Positions 25,751-34,374 of a stretch of DNA of 64,000 nt are shown piece by piece; position 1 is the first letter of the stretch, and every line of letters starts with the position of its first letter. The DNA is taken from IMG/VR virus record IMGVR_UViG_3300046507_000667, positions 185,348-249,347 of that record; one strand, given 5' to 3'. Position numbers and translations under genes: made by a program. The notes under the pieces were generated by a model, which was given only the letters and a program-made list of their open reading frames with translations, had not been told where the DNA came from and searched no databases.

Positions 25751-26536
25751 TTATAAAAATATTTCACATAAAGGAATTATAATATTCCGATAGTTCCACA
25801 TAATATCCACATTACTAATATTGTCATCATCAATATGGTCGGAATATGTGGTACAATTAACTAAGGACTCTTTTAGTTTGAATCCATTAAGTGCTGAAAG
25901 TTCTTTATAATAGTTATTAGTTAGATCTAGTGTTACATATGCATGGCGAAGTTCAGCTAAATGCTTTGCTACTCTTTTCTTACTATTGGCAATCTCTGCT
26001 ATCTTCATTAAAGTAAAGATTTCTTCAACTAAAGTTTCTTCATACGAATCAATTGGAAGACCTTTAGCTAAAGTAGCACCTGTTTTACCATTATAATAAA
26101 ACTCAAGTTTACCAATTTTAAGATAGCTGCTAAAAGTGCCACGATTTGTGAACTTAACTGTCTTAAACTTAGTACGCTTGACTGTAGATGAATGGAATGT
26201 AATCGAGTCCTTTTTAATAGCAATTACATTACCTTCCTCTATGTCATTTAGAGTGATAAAAGCACCAATATATTTTTGAAAGCCTTCATGAAGCTTTTTA
26301 GTGAACTCAGTATTTTCTTTAGCATAATTACCTAAGATAATTTGCTTCTCTTTCTTAGATGCTAAACTAAGTTCTTCTAATATATCTTCATCATCAATTA
26401 GTTTTTCAGACAAAGCTACATTATAGCCGCCACTAGCAATATCATATTCATGAATTATCTTATTTCTAAGATATCTCACATCGCTGCTATAAATTAAAGG
26501 GAACAGCATTTCTGCCTCCAAGTATCTTGCTATCAC
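25751..26536 (-). CDS. Putative family-B DNA polymerase palm-like protein (small)
   Basis: HEYDIASGG (motif A DxxS-like) and IAIKKDSITF (motif C-like) within 261 aa; true start may be the Met at 26509. Confidence 0.5.
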   Translation of the reverse strand: MIARYLEAEMLFPLIYSSDVRYLRNKIIHEYDIASGGYNVALSEKLIDDEDILEELSLASKKEKQIILGNYAKENTEFTKKLHEGFQKYIGAFITLNDIEEGNVIAIKKDSITFHSSTVKRTKFKTVKFTNRGTFSSYLKIGKLEFYYNGKTGATLAKGLPIDSYEETLVEEIFTLMKIAEIANSKKRVAKHLAELRHAYVTLDLTNNYYKELSALNGFKLKESLVNCTTYSDHIDDDNISNVDIMWNYRNIIIPLCEIFL

Positions 26537-26631
26537 ATAAATAATATATGCTTAATTATTTCTTTGTATAGAGAATTTTTTCTGTGCTCCGGTAAAGAAT
26601 TTGAATTAACCTTGATAAATATATTATATAT

Positions 26632-27066
26632 TTGAAGGAAACTTCAATAACTTTTAACAAGGATAAGAAAATGACCACTGGTATTACACTATTCAATATG
26701 AGTATTGGGATTTCAATTTTGGTATTAGGTAGTATTGCTTTGCTTTGTGCATTTCTATATTGTGCATTAATGGGTTCTGTAAATCAACTGAAGAAGGCAG
26801 CAAACTTCTTTGCAATTTCCGCCATTATCCTTGCATGTATCGGAATGCTAATTAATTTTGCACATGCAGGACAGCAGTATTATGAGAATACTAAGTTTCT
26901 AAAAACTAATCATATTCATAATTGTGTAGAATATGATGTACAAAAGAAGCTATTTAATTTTGGGGAAGATAGCCAAGTTGTTGTACCTGGTATGAAATCA
27001 TTTCGCTGCCAGAATACTATCAATGGAAATGATGTAATTGTAGTATCAACCGCAATTAACCTATAA
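26632..27066 (+). CDS. Membrane protein (2 TM)
   Basis: Two long hydrophobic segments; true start probably at MTTG. Confidence 0.7.
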   Translation: MKETSITFNKDKKMTTGITLFNMSIGISILVLGSIALLCAFLYCALMGSVNQLKKAANFFAISAIILACIGMLINFAHAGQQYYENTKFLKTNHIHNCVEYDVQKKLFNFGEDSQVVVPGMKSFRCQNTINGNDVIVVSTAINL

Positions 27067-27083
27067 GAACTCTTAGGAAAGTT

Positions 27084-28436
27084 ATGCTCAAGGTAGAACC
27101 ACGAAATCTGAATGAAGATGTTGATCTAACAAAACTAATTACAAACCCTAATCCGCTTGAGTCGGATTATGTCACATTCAATCAGGATGGAGTATTCTCT
27201 CAATCAATTTTTGGTAGCCTATCTAATTCAGTTGACTGGTCTTGCCATTGTGGAAGTCTAGTTGGTGAATTTAATAAGGGTATTGAGTGTCATAGCTGTG
27301 GTCATCCAGTCGCATTTAAAGGACTGATGATGGAACGTGAAGGTTGGATTGATATGGTTGATCCAGTCATCCATCCACTATTCTATCGATATATTAAGAA
27401 GGTCGTAGGTGGAACTGCACTAGAAAAGATTATCAATTATCGTGCAGAAATCAAGGTTGAGGGTCTTCCAATTGATCCTCCTATTGAACCACCATATGCA
27501 AGTATCGGTATGGGAGCATTGATTGAGAATTTTGAAGAGATTCTTAATCACTTCCTAGAAAAGAAAAATCAGAAATTCTATAAAGAATATAAGTTCATTG
27601 TTGATAATATTGACAAGGTATTCATTCAATACCTTCCAGTTATTAATAGTCGTCTTCGTCCTGCTATCCTAGTAGATGGTGAATTCAGCTTTGATGCTAT
27701 TAATAATCTATACAATCAGCTGATCCAGAATAGTAATCTATTGAAGAGTCTGTCAACTCCAGAGCGGATTCCTCTCAATATTTATGCATTGCAGTATAAG
27801 AATCAGAAACTTGTCAACGAGATCTATGACACTATTACTTCTAACCTATCTTCCAAAGAAGGTTATATTCGTAGCACTCTTTTCGGTAATCGTCTTAATT
27901 TCACTTCTCGTTGTGTCATCACCCCTCTGGACGGAAGCTACGACATTGATGATATTGTCATCCCTTACAATGCCGCACTAGAACTATTAAAGCCTCAAGT
28001 ACTTCGTCGTCTAGCAAATCTAAAAAAATGCACATTGACGGCAGCTACAGAGATCTTTAATAAGGCTGTACTAGAGTTTGATAGTCTTGTTTACAAGATT
28101 ATGATCGATATCATTGAGAATGGTAATGTCCGGATGCTTCTTAATCGAAATCCATCGATTAATCTGGGTTCAATTCTTATGGTAAAGATTGCTGGTATTA
28201 AGAGAGACATGTCAGATCTTACTGTATCTCTACACAATCTAATCTTAAAGCCTATTGGTGGCGATTATGATGGTGACGTTCTTAACTTCATCTTGCTATA
28301 TGGTCAAGAATTCATCGATCTATTTGCTAAGTTTAAGCCTTCCCATATTATGATTGATATGGATAATGGTACCTTTAATAAGGCATTCCTGCCAGCTAAA
28401 GACACCATTCTTGGTCTAGAGAGTCTATTCAATTGA
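27084..28436 (+). CDS. rpoC: Non-virion RNA polymerase beta' subunit, N-terminal part (AR9 gp270-like)
   Basis: DGVFSQSIFG, CHCG..CHSCG zinc site, LRPA, GNRLNFTSRCVITP, LNRNPSI, catalytic GDYDGD. Confidence 0.92.
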   Translation: MLKVEPRNLNEDVDLTKLITNPNPLESDYVTFNQDGVFSQSIFGSLSNSVDWSCHCGSLVGEFNKGIECHSCGHPVAFKGLMMEREGWIDMVDPVIHPLFYRYIKKVVGGTALEKIINYRAEIKVEGLPIDPPIEPPYASIGMGALIENFEEILNHFLEKKNQKFYKEYKFIVDNIDKVFIQYLPVINSRLRPAILVDGEFSFDAINNLYNQLIQNSNLLKSLSTPERIPLNIYALQYKNQKLVNEIYDTITSNLSSKEGYIRSTLFGNRLNFTSRCVITPLDGSYDIDDIVIPYNAALELLKPQVLRRLANLKKCTLTAATEIFNKAVLEFDSLVYKIMIDIIENGNVRMLLNRNPSINLGSILMVKIAGIKRDMSDLTVSLHNLILKPIGGDYDGDVLNFILLYGQEFIDLFAKFKPSHIMIDMDNGTFNKAFLPAKDTILGLESLFN

Positions 28437-28531
28437 TAGAATTTATTTCTAATGCTTGGACTGCCTTTTGTTATGTCTGGACATGGATAACTCTTCCAAT
28501 CGCAATATTTTACTTACTTAATAGATAATAA

Positions 28532-28563
28532 ATAGGGTAACTGTCTTCGGACGGTTACCCTAT
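28532..28563 (+). terminator. Hairpin with UUCG loop after the beta' gene
   Basis: ATAGGGTAACTGTC-TTCG-GACGGTTACCCTAT. Confidence 0.75.
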
Positions 28564-28581
28564 ATTCTTTCAGGAAATACA

Positions 28582-29265
28582 ATGAGCGTCTATGCAGAAG
28601 TCTTTTCTCGTGATTCTACTTTTAATAATATTATCACAATTCATCCAGAAGCAATTTGTAATAATCTTGATGAAATCTATAAGATGATTGATATTGTCAA
28701 GCGATTGATAAATGTTCGTCTTGAATTTATAGATGTTAATGAAAAGAATGTAAGTATTGATGATCGCACAAAGACAATGATCATCAAGAATATGGGATTG
28801 ACTTTCCATGATGGTTCTCGATACCTAGTACCACAAATTGTTGGAAATCATTATGGTGCTTTGGTATATGATGATCTTCGTGATGATCGTAGTAAGAAAG
28901 TTCGTAGTGCTATTATTGGACAACTTCTACAGCAACTAGAAAACTTTAAATCACAACTTGAATATGTAGGTGAACGAGCATTAGTCATTGATGATGACAA
29001 TATTCAAGATATGATTGCAGTTGTTATTCAAATTGAAGATAGTAAGCTTCTTGATTTGAAAGGTACTGAAGACTTTTCACTATATGAAGGAAACTTCGAA
29101 TTTGATGAGCTTGAATTGTTTCTTCAAGATGGTATTAAGGTAATCATCAAAGATCAATACTTTGGTGATCCTGGATTGCTTACATGGGAACGATTGACAG
29201 AAGACCATAAGCAAAATGTAAAGTATTCGATTACTGAACGTCTTCGTGAAATTATCGGAGTATGA
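28582..29265 (+). CDS. Hypothetical protein
   Basis: 227-aa ORF, first of a tightly packed plus-strand run. Confidence 0.75.
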   Translation: MSVYAEVFSRDSTFNNIITIHPEAICNNLDEIYKMIDIVKRLINVRLEFIDVNEKNVSIDDRTKTMIIKNMGLTFHDGSRYLVPQIVGNHYGALVYDDLRDDRSKKVRSAIIGQLLQQLENFKSQLEYVGERALVIDDDNIQDMIAVVIQIEDSKLLDLKGTEDFSLYEGNFEFDELELFLQDGIKVIIKDQYFGDPGLLTWERLTEDHKQNVKYSITERLREIIGV

Positions 29266-29677
29266 AATGATTGTACGTCGTTATCTTTCCAACCTTTTCC
29301 GTGATTGCTATCAAATTATTGATGGTATTCCACAAGAAAATATTGTGTCTCGTTTTGGTCGTCATGATGAGACACATAAAAGCTTTGCAGAATGGATTTA
29401 TCTATTCTTTTATCTGATTGAATTTCCAAATGAAAAGTATAATGAACTTCCTTGGAATGTCAGTGCATTTAAAACTATTGATGATGTCATCGAGCGGTAT
29501 TCAAAATATACACCTAGTACAGTTCCGGGTATGATCCATATGAGACTCAATCAGTTGTATATTGCTGATCATCATGATAAGGATCAAATTCTAATGTATT
29601 TTAAAGACATTATTCGTATCACAGATAGTTATGAACGCTGTCAACAATTGAAACCTGAAAATGAACTTACTCAGTAA
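29246..29677 (+). CDS. GIP family paralogue 1
   Basis: YQIIDGIPQENI...SFAEWIYLFF. Confidence 0.72.
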   Translation: MKLSEYEMIVRRYLSNLFRDCYQIIDGIPQENIVSRFGRHDETHKSFAEWIYLFFYLIEFPNEKYNELPWNVSAFKTIDDVIERYSKYTPSTVPGMIHMRLNQLYIADHHDKDQILMYFKDIIRITDSYERCQQLKPENELTQ

Positions 29678-29918
29678 TTATCACTACCTTTTTACTATTC
29701 CTCTCTTTGGGGCAATAGTTCTCTTTGCAATCTTTTATATCTGGATAGCAGTCGATTGCTATAAAGGTAAAGCTACATCAGGTCTTATTTGTGGTAGGAA
29801 AGGAAGTATTAAAGATGCACTAATCCTTCCTTTAGCTCTCTTTGCATTCGTATTTTTAGCTATAGTTCCTATTGTAATTGCAGCAATTCAAAAACTATTC
29901 AAATCACAAGGAAAGTAA
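29661..29918 (+). CDS. Small membrane protein (2 TM)
   Basis: Two hydrophobic segments. Confidence 0.65.
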   Translation: MNLLSNYHYLFTIPLFGAIVLFAIFYIWIAVDCYKGKATSGLICGRKGSIKDALILPLALFAFVFLAIVPIVIAAIQKLFKSQGK

Positions 29919-29920
29919 TC

Positions 29921-30160
29921 ATGCGTCTCGTTTATGCAGAAGATAATCTGAAGCACAAGAAAGGTGAAGAAGTTAAGATTTATGATATCGTAACTGGTCA
30001 TAACTTTCATAAGAATGGTGAAGTTCTTCATATTGAGAAGCCTAGGCATGGTGGATCTACTGGTCGAGTCTATATTAGCTATGATTCAGGTGCTACTCAA
30101 AGTGGATACTTTCCTTCAGTAATCGATGCAAAATGGATTGAGCGTGAGGATCAAGAATAA
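29921..30160 (+). CDS. Small beta-rich (SH3-like) hypothetical protein
   Basis: EEVKIYDIV...STGRVYI...YFPSVIDAKW; resembles the next ORF. Confidence 0.65.
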   Translation: MRLVYAEDNLKHKKGEEVKIYDIVTGHNFHKNGEVLHIEKPRHGGSTGRVYISYDSGATQSGYFPSVIDAKWIEREDQE

Positions 30161-30162
30161 AA

Positions 30163-30390
30163 ATGAATATTAAACTCATTTCATCCATTAACCAACAAGA
30201 AATCAAGGTTGGTGATACAGTTCAGCGTCATTCAGCTATTATGGATATCAAAGTACCAGTAAAAGTTAATGGTATTAAGTATCCTGATGCAAGCCTTAAA
30301 GGTGGTTTGATTAGTGTACAGAGTGACCATTCACCTTTCAGCAATCTAGTTACTGAAAAAGAAATTGATGTTGAATGGTGTGTATCATAA
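30163..30390 (+). CDS. Small beta-rich (SH3-like) hypothetical protein, likely paralogue of the previous ORF
   Basis: QEIKVGDTV...KGGLISV...KEIDVEW. Confidence 0.6.
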   Translation: MNIKLISSINQQEIKVGDTVQRHSAIMDIKVPVKVNGIKYPDASLKGGLISVQSDHSPFSNLVTEKEIDVEWCVS

Positions 30391-30809
30391 TGGCAGTCCA
30401 TCCTCCAATCGTAGATAATCTCAAGCTATCTAATACTAATAGACTACTTGGAGATTTCTTTGAAATCCTTTCAGGGATTCCAGATAAAAACATTGCAACT
30501 CCTTTGAATGAACATGATTGTCATAAGAATTTCAAAGGTAAGCAAATCAAGAGTCTTAAACTAACTCCTTGGCAATGGTTCATGATGTTCCATTTCCTTA
30601 AGGATTATAAAGAAAAACCAGAAACTCTTGATGTAATGCATGCTTGCTATTCTGAAAAACACTGGAGAGATGCTGAAACCCTCAAGGATTTTCTGAATGC
30701 AGCTAAAGCAATTTATCAAATGAATCTAATTGGTAGCGGTAAGTCTGTAAAACAGTCTTATCTAGAAGCTGCCAGAATGTCATTCAATCTTACTAAAGTA
30801 GACTATTAA
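30375..30809 (+). CDS. GIP family paralogue 2
   Basis: FEILSGIPDKNI...LTPWQWFMMF. Confidence 0.72.
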   Translation: MVCIIMAVHPPIVDNLKLSNTNRLLGDFFEILSGIPDKNIATPLNEHDCHKNFKGKQIKSLKLTPWQWFMMFHFLKDYKEKPETLDVMHACYSEKHWRDAETLKDFLNAAKAIYQMNLIGSGKSVKQSYLEAARMSFNLTKVDY

Positions 30810-30812
30810 ATC

Positions 30813-31277
30813 ATGAAGAAAGAACTCGGTGCCAAAGTTATTCGTATTCATTCAATTCTAGCAGGTATTCCATCAAAGAATATCAGTCTTGATGTAGATG
30901 TAGAGACTAATAGTCTAAGTCAGCTAACTCCCTATTTTAAGATTCCTGTCATTATTCGGAAAGATAAGGATATTAGCAAGCTGGTTCTTCTTCCTTCAGA
31001 ATGGATTAAGATCTATTCATGTATTCGTAAGAATGCATTAAAGTCTTCTCCAAAGGGTATTGCTGATCTTATTGTTGATCTAGATATTACTACTGCACCA
31101 GCTTGGGATACTCTTGATCTAGGTGTAGAAGATACCTACCACTATACTGAAGCAGAAATCCGTTGGATTATGGCTACTCTTATGGAGCAGCCTGAAGCTA
31201 AGATCCGTTCTGCCAAGTCATATGTATTGAAAGAACTTCAAAACTTCTGTAAAGAACGAGGATTCAATAAAAAATGA
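30813..31277 (+). CDS. GIP family paralogue 3
   Basis: HSILAGIPSKNI...LLPSEWIKIY. Confidence 0.72.
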   Translation: MKKELGAKVIRIHSILAGIPSKNISLDVDVETNSLSQLTPYFKIPVIIRKDKDISKLVLLPSEWIKIYSCIRKNALKSSPKGIADLIVDLDITTAPAWDTLDLGVEDTYHYTEAEIRWIMATLMEQPEAKIRSAKSYVLKELQNFCKERGFNKK

Positions 31278-31699
31278 TTAAGAAACCTGAAACTATTGAA
31301 GAATTTCGTCAGTTCCTTATTGCTTGCTATCAGGTAATTAGTGGTATTCCATCAGGTCAAATCTGTATGGATGTCAATACTCTTCATAAGTACGATCTAC
31401 CTGATCCCGGTCCTGATCATGCTGAATTCATTAAGGAAGTAACTCTTCACCCTAATGAATGGCTACATCTTTACTTCTTCAATGAGGGAGGTGAAAATGA
31501 TCATCTGACAGTACCTGAAAATCTCCAAGAAGTAGATATTAGTGATGTCTATCTAAGTAATCTACTTAATGGATTGGGTACTGGAGCATTTGATCTTAAT
31601 CTTACTATTTATGAAGAAAAAACTAACAAATCTCACAAAGATATCTTTCTAAATCGTATGAAAGCTACACTAACATCACTCGATAAAATTAACATTTAA
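31274..31699 (+). CDS. GIP family paralogue 4
   Basis: YQVISGIPSGQI...LHPNEWLHLYF. Confidence 0.72.
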   Translation: MIKKPETIEEFRQFLIACYQVISGIPSGQICMDVNTLHKYDLPDPGPDHAEFIKEVTLHPNEWLHLYFFNEGGENDHLTVPENLQEVDISDVYLSNLLNGLGTGAFDLNLTIYEEKTNKSHKDIFLNRMKATLTSLDKINI

Positions 31700-31728
31700 A
31701 AACTTTCTTTCATGTTTATATCGATCAT

Positions 31729-31843
31729 TTAACTTTTAAGGATTTCTGATTTCCCTAGGAGTAACATGAGATTAGATGCGGCCTGATGAACCGCTTCTGT
31801 TCATAGTTCCTTTGTTGGGCATGATCCTTTCCTAAGAAGTTAA
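31729..31843 (+). ncRNA. Candidate structured RNA (long irregular stem-loop)
   Basis: Nested pairings 31729-42/31830-43, CCC/GGG, GGA..AUGA..UAGA/UCUG..UCAU..UCC and GCGG/CCGC; G-U pairs favour the plus strand; no ORF. Confidence 0.35.
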
Positions 31844-31847
31844 GTTC

Positions 31848-31876
31848 TCCCCTATACCTTTACCGGGTATAGGGGA
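31848..31876. terminator. CCCTATAC-family hairpin terminator
   Basis: TCCCCTATACC...GGTATAGGGGA followed by a T tract. Confidence 0.8.
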
Positions 31877-32026
31877 ATTTTTCGTTTTCGTCTTCTTTTT
31901 TGTCAAACTGTGGTAATACCTAAGTCGTAAATATATTATAAATATGAGGCCGTTTTAACACAGGTCTCTCCTGTAATACTTTCTAGTAATACTATCTATA
32001 ATGGAAATACGACGGAGGATTTACCG

Positions 32027-32728
32027 ATGGCTATCAGGCAACACCACATGACATTGAAGTACAAACGAATGACGCTGTATGGTAATACAGATGTTAAGCC
32101 ATCAAGTAATTCTGGATTTACTTGTGGAACTCTTCCTTCTTTGATGGAAATGCTAGGAGGGTCACATCACGATGAAAGAAATGACCAATTTACTGAATCT
32201 GCACCTCATCTGCTGGTCAAGCTAGTTGGTGGTATCAGTAATGTCAATTATCTTCCCGGTAGCCTTGTTGATATATTAGAGACAAAGCTTCATAAAGAAA
32301 ATATCGATATCACCCGTCTTGTAAGAAAGTACGTATACTGGCTGTTAACAGACGATCAACATGGATTAATATATAATATGCCCATGCTCGCCTGTGATTA
32401 TAAGTCTGTAAGAAATTATGCCTTATTTGTGCTAGCACGTAATAAGAATAAGATCTTTGATGGTGGTGTCATCCAATCTTCTGAATGGCTTAGCTTTGAT
32501 GCTCGTTCTATTTGCGAAAAAGCAGGTTTACAAGCTATTCAGAATAGTGTTGAACTGTTACTCAATTGCTCATTTGAAGTCGGTAAGGCTTCGGATGATT
32601 TGTATTCATTTCAGCTGAGAAGTCAACGAGGTATTACACCTCAACAAGTTGAATTAAAGCTTGAGCAGTATAGGAACGTGAAAGTCGAATGTCTTATTGC
32701 ACTACTGAAAGCCGAACTACAAATGTAA
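32027..32728 (+). CDS. Hypothetical protein
   Basis: 233 aa, GGAGG Shine-Dalgarno, own promoter motif (31931) and terminator (about 32736). Confidence 0.75.
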   Translation: MAIRQHHMTLKYKRMTLYGNTDVKPSSNSGFTCGTLPSLMEMLGGSHHDERNDQFTESAPHLLVKLVGGISNVNYLPGSLVDILETKLHKENIDITRLVRKYVYWLLTDDQHGLIYNMPMLACDYKSVRNYALFVLARNKNKIFDGGVIQSSEWLSFDARSICEKAGLQAIQNSVELLLNCSFEVGKASDDLYSFQLRSQRGITPQQVELKLEQYRNVKVECLIALLKAELQM

Positions 32729-32793
32729 AAAGAATAGGTCTTCTTCCAGAAATGGGAGAAGACCTAATTTACGTATCTTTTTTGAAAAAGTGA

Positions 32794-32894
32794 ATATATT
32801 ATTTATTTGGTCGTGCCAAAGAACTGCACTAGATATTTCTTGACAATTTTCTCATCTTAGAGTACTCAAAAGAGTATTTTAGGATGAGAAAATT
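32794..32894 (+). ncRNA. Candidate small RNA or leader: promoter motif followed by a 23-bp hairpin
   Basis: ATATATTAT at 32794-32802; stem 32845-32867/32872-32894 fully paired with three G-U pairs on the plus strand. Confidence 0.35.
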
Positions 32895-32984
32895 ATGAAA
32901 TCGTATTATTTTTTGTTTATTTTTACAAAAGTTTGAAATTTTTATACATATTTATAGAGATTTCCTATCACTGGAGAAAGCTTT

Positions 32985-34328
32985 ATGGACCTTAAAGAGA
33001 AAAGGTTAGTTGCAACAAAGTATGATATTAACGTAACAAATGCCCTTTATAGTAGTATTCTAGGCTTAGTTACTGATTATCTAACGAAACTATTCCCTCC
33101 TAATTATCTTGCATATATTTACGTAGGAAATAGTATTGCTGCGCTAACTGAATCAAATCTAGATGACGATACTAAGATGGTTAAGGATAATCCTAACTTT
33201 AGTATCAAAATGAATTATGCTCCACAAGATTCTTCTTTTAATGGAGACCCATTCTTAATGGGTAATATGCTAGTATGGCGTGATGTCCATGCCTATAAAC
33301 ATGCATATTCTAGAATTCTTGCTGATTTTAATGAGCAGGTATTTATTAGTGGATTCGAAACTAGAGCAAAGCATAGTTTTGATATCACTGTCACTGTAAA
33401 TACTGAAATGGAGGCATTAAACCTACAGGGTTTCCTTCGCCAGAAATTAGGTATTAATAGACCTTACTTCCTAAATCGTAGATTTATTGAAGTTCCTCTA
33501 CCAAAATCATTAATTGGAGCTATTGCTGCAGTTAAAGGCTTTGATTTTACTACTCCACAGAACGTTCAAGACTTTAATAGGTACCTAGATGGTATTGCTG
33601 ATGGAGTTGTTACCTATAAAAAGCATTCTATCTCAGGTAAATACCTATATTTTTATAAATATTGTGCAAATTTACTATTTAGAGTAGAAGGTTTTGATGA
33701 TATCGATACTCAACGTGAAGGTAAAGTAATTACTTCTAGTTCAGTCAAATTTACTTGCAGTGTAGAATATAATAATCATCAATCTTTCATCTCAGAATGC
33801 TATAAGGTATACCAACCTACATTCACAGATGAAGATTTTGTCCTAGGTGACAATGAAGTTGGAGCTATTATTCATTGGGCAACTAACTTTGTAGTCCAAG
33901 AACAACTTCCTGATGGTAGAAAATGTATTGCTAAGATTGAAGTAGTAACTGACGTCAATACACCCTTAGATTCTACCTGCTTTAAACCTGAACTTGCATC
34001 AATTATTATTAAATATATTGAAGCACTTAAAGTAGCACCCATTCCAGATGGTACAACAGATACTGATCCATTTCAAGTGGTCAATTCTAAGGTCAAATTA
34101 ATGGTCTTTAGAGATACTGTACCATTAAAATTAAACGATGATTTTACTATTGATTGGAATACTTATACCATCAATATTAATAATCCTCGATATAATTATG
34201 AATATCGTATTTTTATCTATGTTCCGATGAGTGAAGTAGGCGCACTTGCCGCAAGTCAACCTATTAAAGGTGACACCATTGGTAATGCTCTGATTGAAGA
34301 TACAGATCCTTCAGAAAGCAACATATAA
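32985..34328 (+). CDS. Probable virion structural protein
   Basis: 447 aa, beta-rich, first of a plus-strand late-type cluster; no specific motif recognised. Confidence 0.55.
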   Translation: MDLKEKRLVATKYDINVTNALYSSILGLVTDYLTKLFPPNYLAYIYVGNSIAALTESNLDDDTKMVKDNPNFSIKMNYAPQDSSFNGDPFLMGNMLVWRDVHAYKHAYSRILADFNEQVFISGFETRAKHSFDITVTVNTEMEALNLQGFLRQKLGINRPYFLNRRFIEVPLPKSLIGAIAAVKGFDFTTPQNVQDFNRYLDGIADGVVTYKKHSISGKYLYFYKYCANLLFRVEGFDDIDTQREGKVITSSSVKFTCSVEYNNHQSFISECYKVYQPTFTDEDFVLGDNEVGAIIHWATNFVVQEQLPDGRKCIAKIEVVTDVNTPLDSTCFKPELASIIIKYIEALKVAPIPDGTTDTDPFQVVNSKVKLMVFRDTVPLKLNDDFTIDWNTYTININNPRYNYEYRIFIYVPMSEVGALAASQPIKGDTIGNALIEDTDPSESNI

Positions 34329-34331
34329 ATA
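34320..34331 (+). promoter_or_regulatory. Late-type promoter AACA-N6-TA
   Basis: AACA TATAAA TA before ORF 34375. Confidence 0.5.
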
Positions 34332-34374
34332 ATATAGATTTTCAAGTTTTCATAACTTACATGGAATACTAATA

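Noticed and set aside
31782-31790. CUGAUGA as a hammerhead ribozyme core
   Set aside because: No downstream stem II followed by GAAA and no matching stem III/UH arrangement; the motif is in an apical loop
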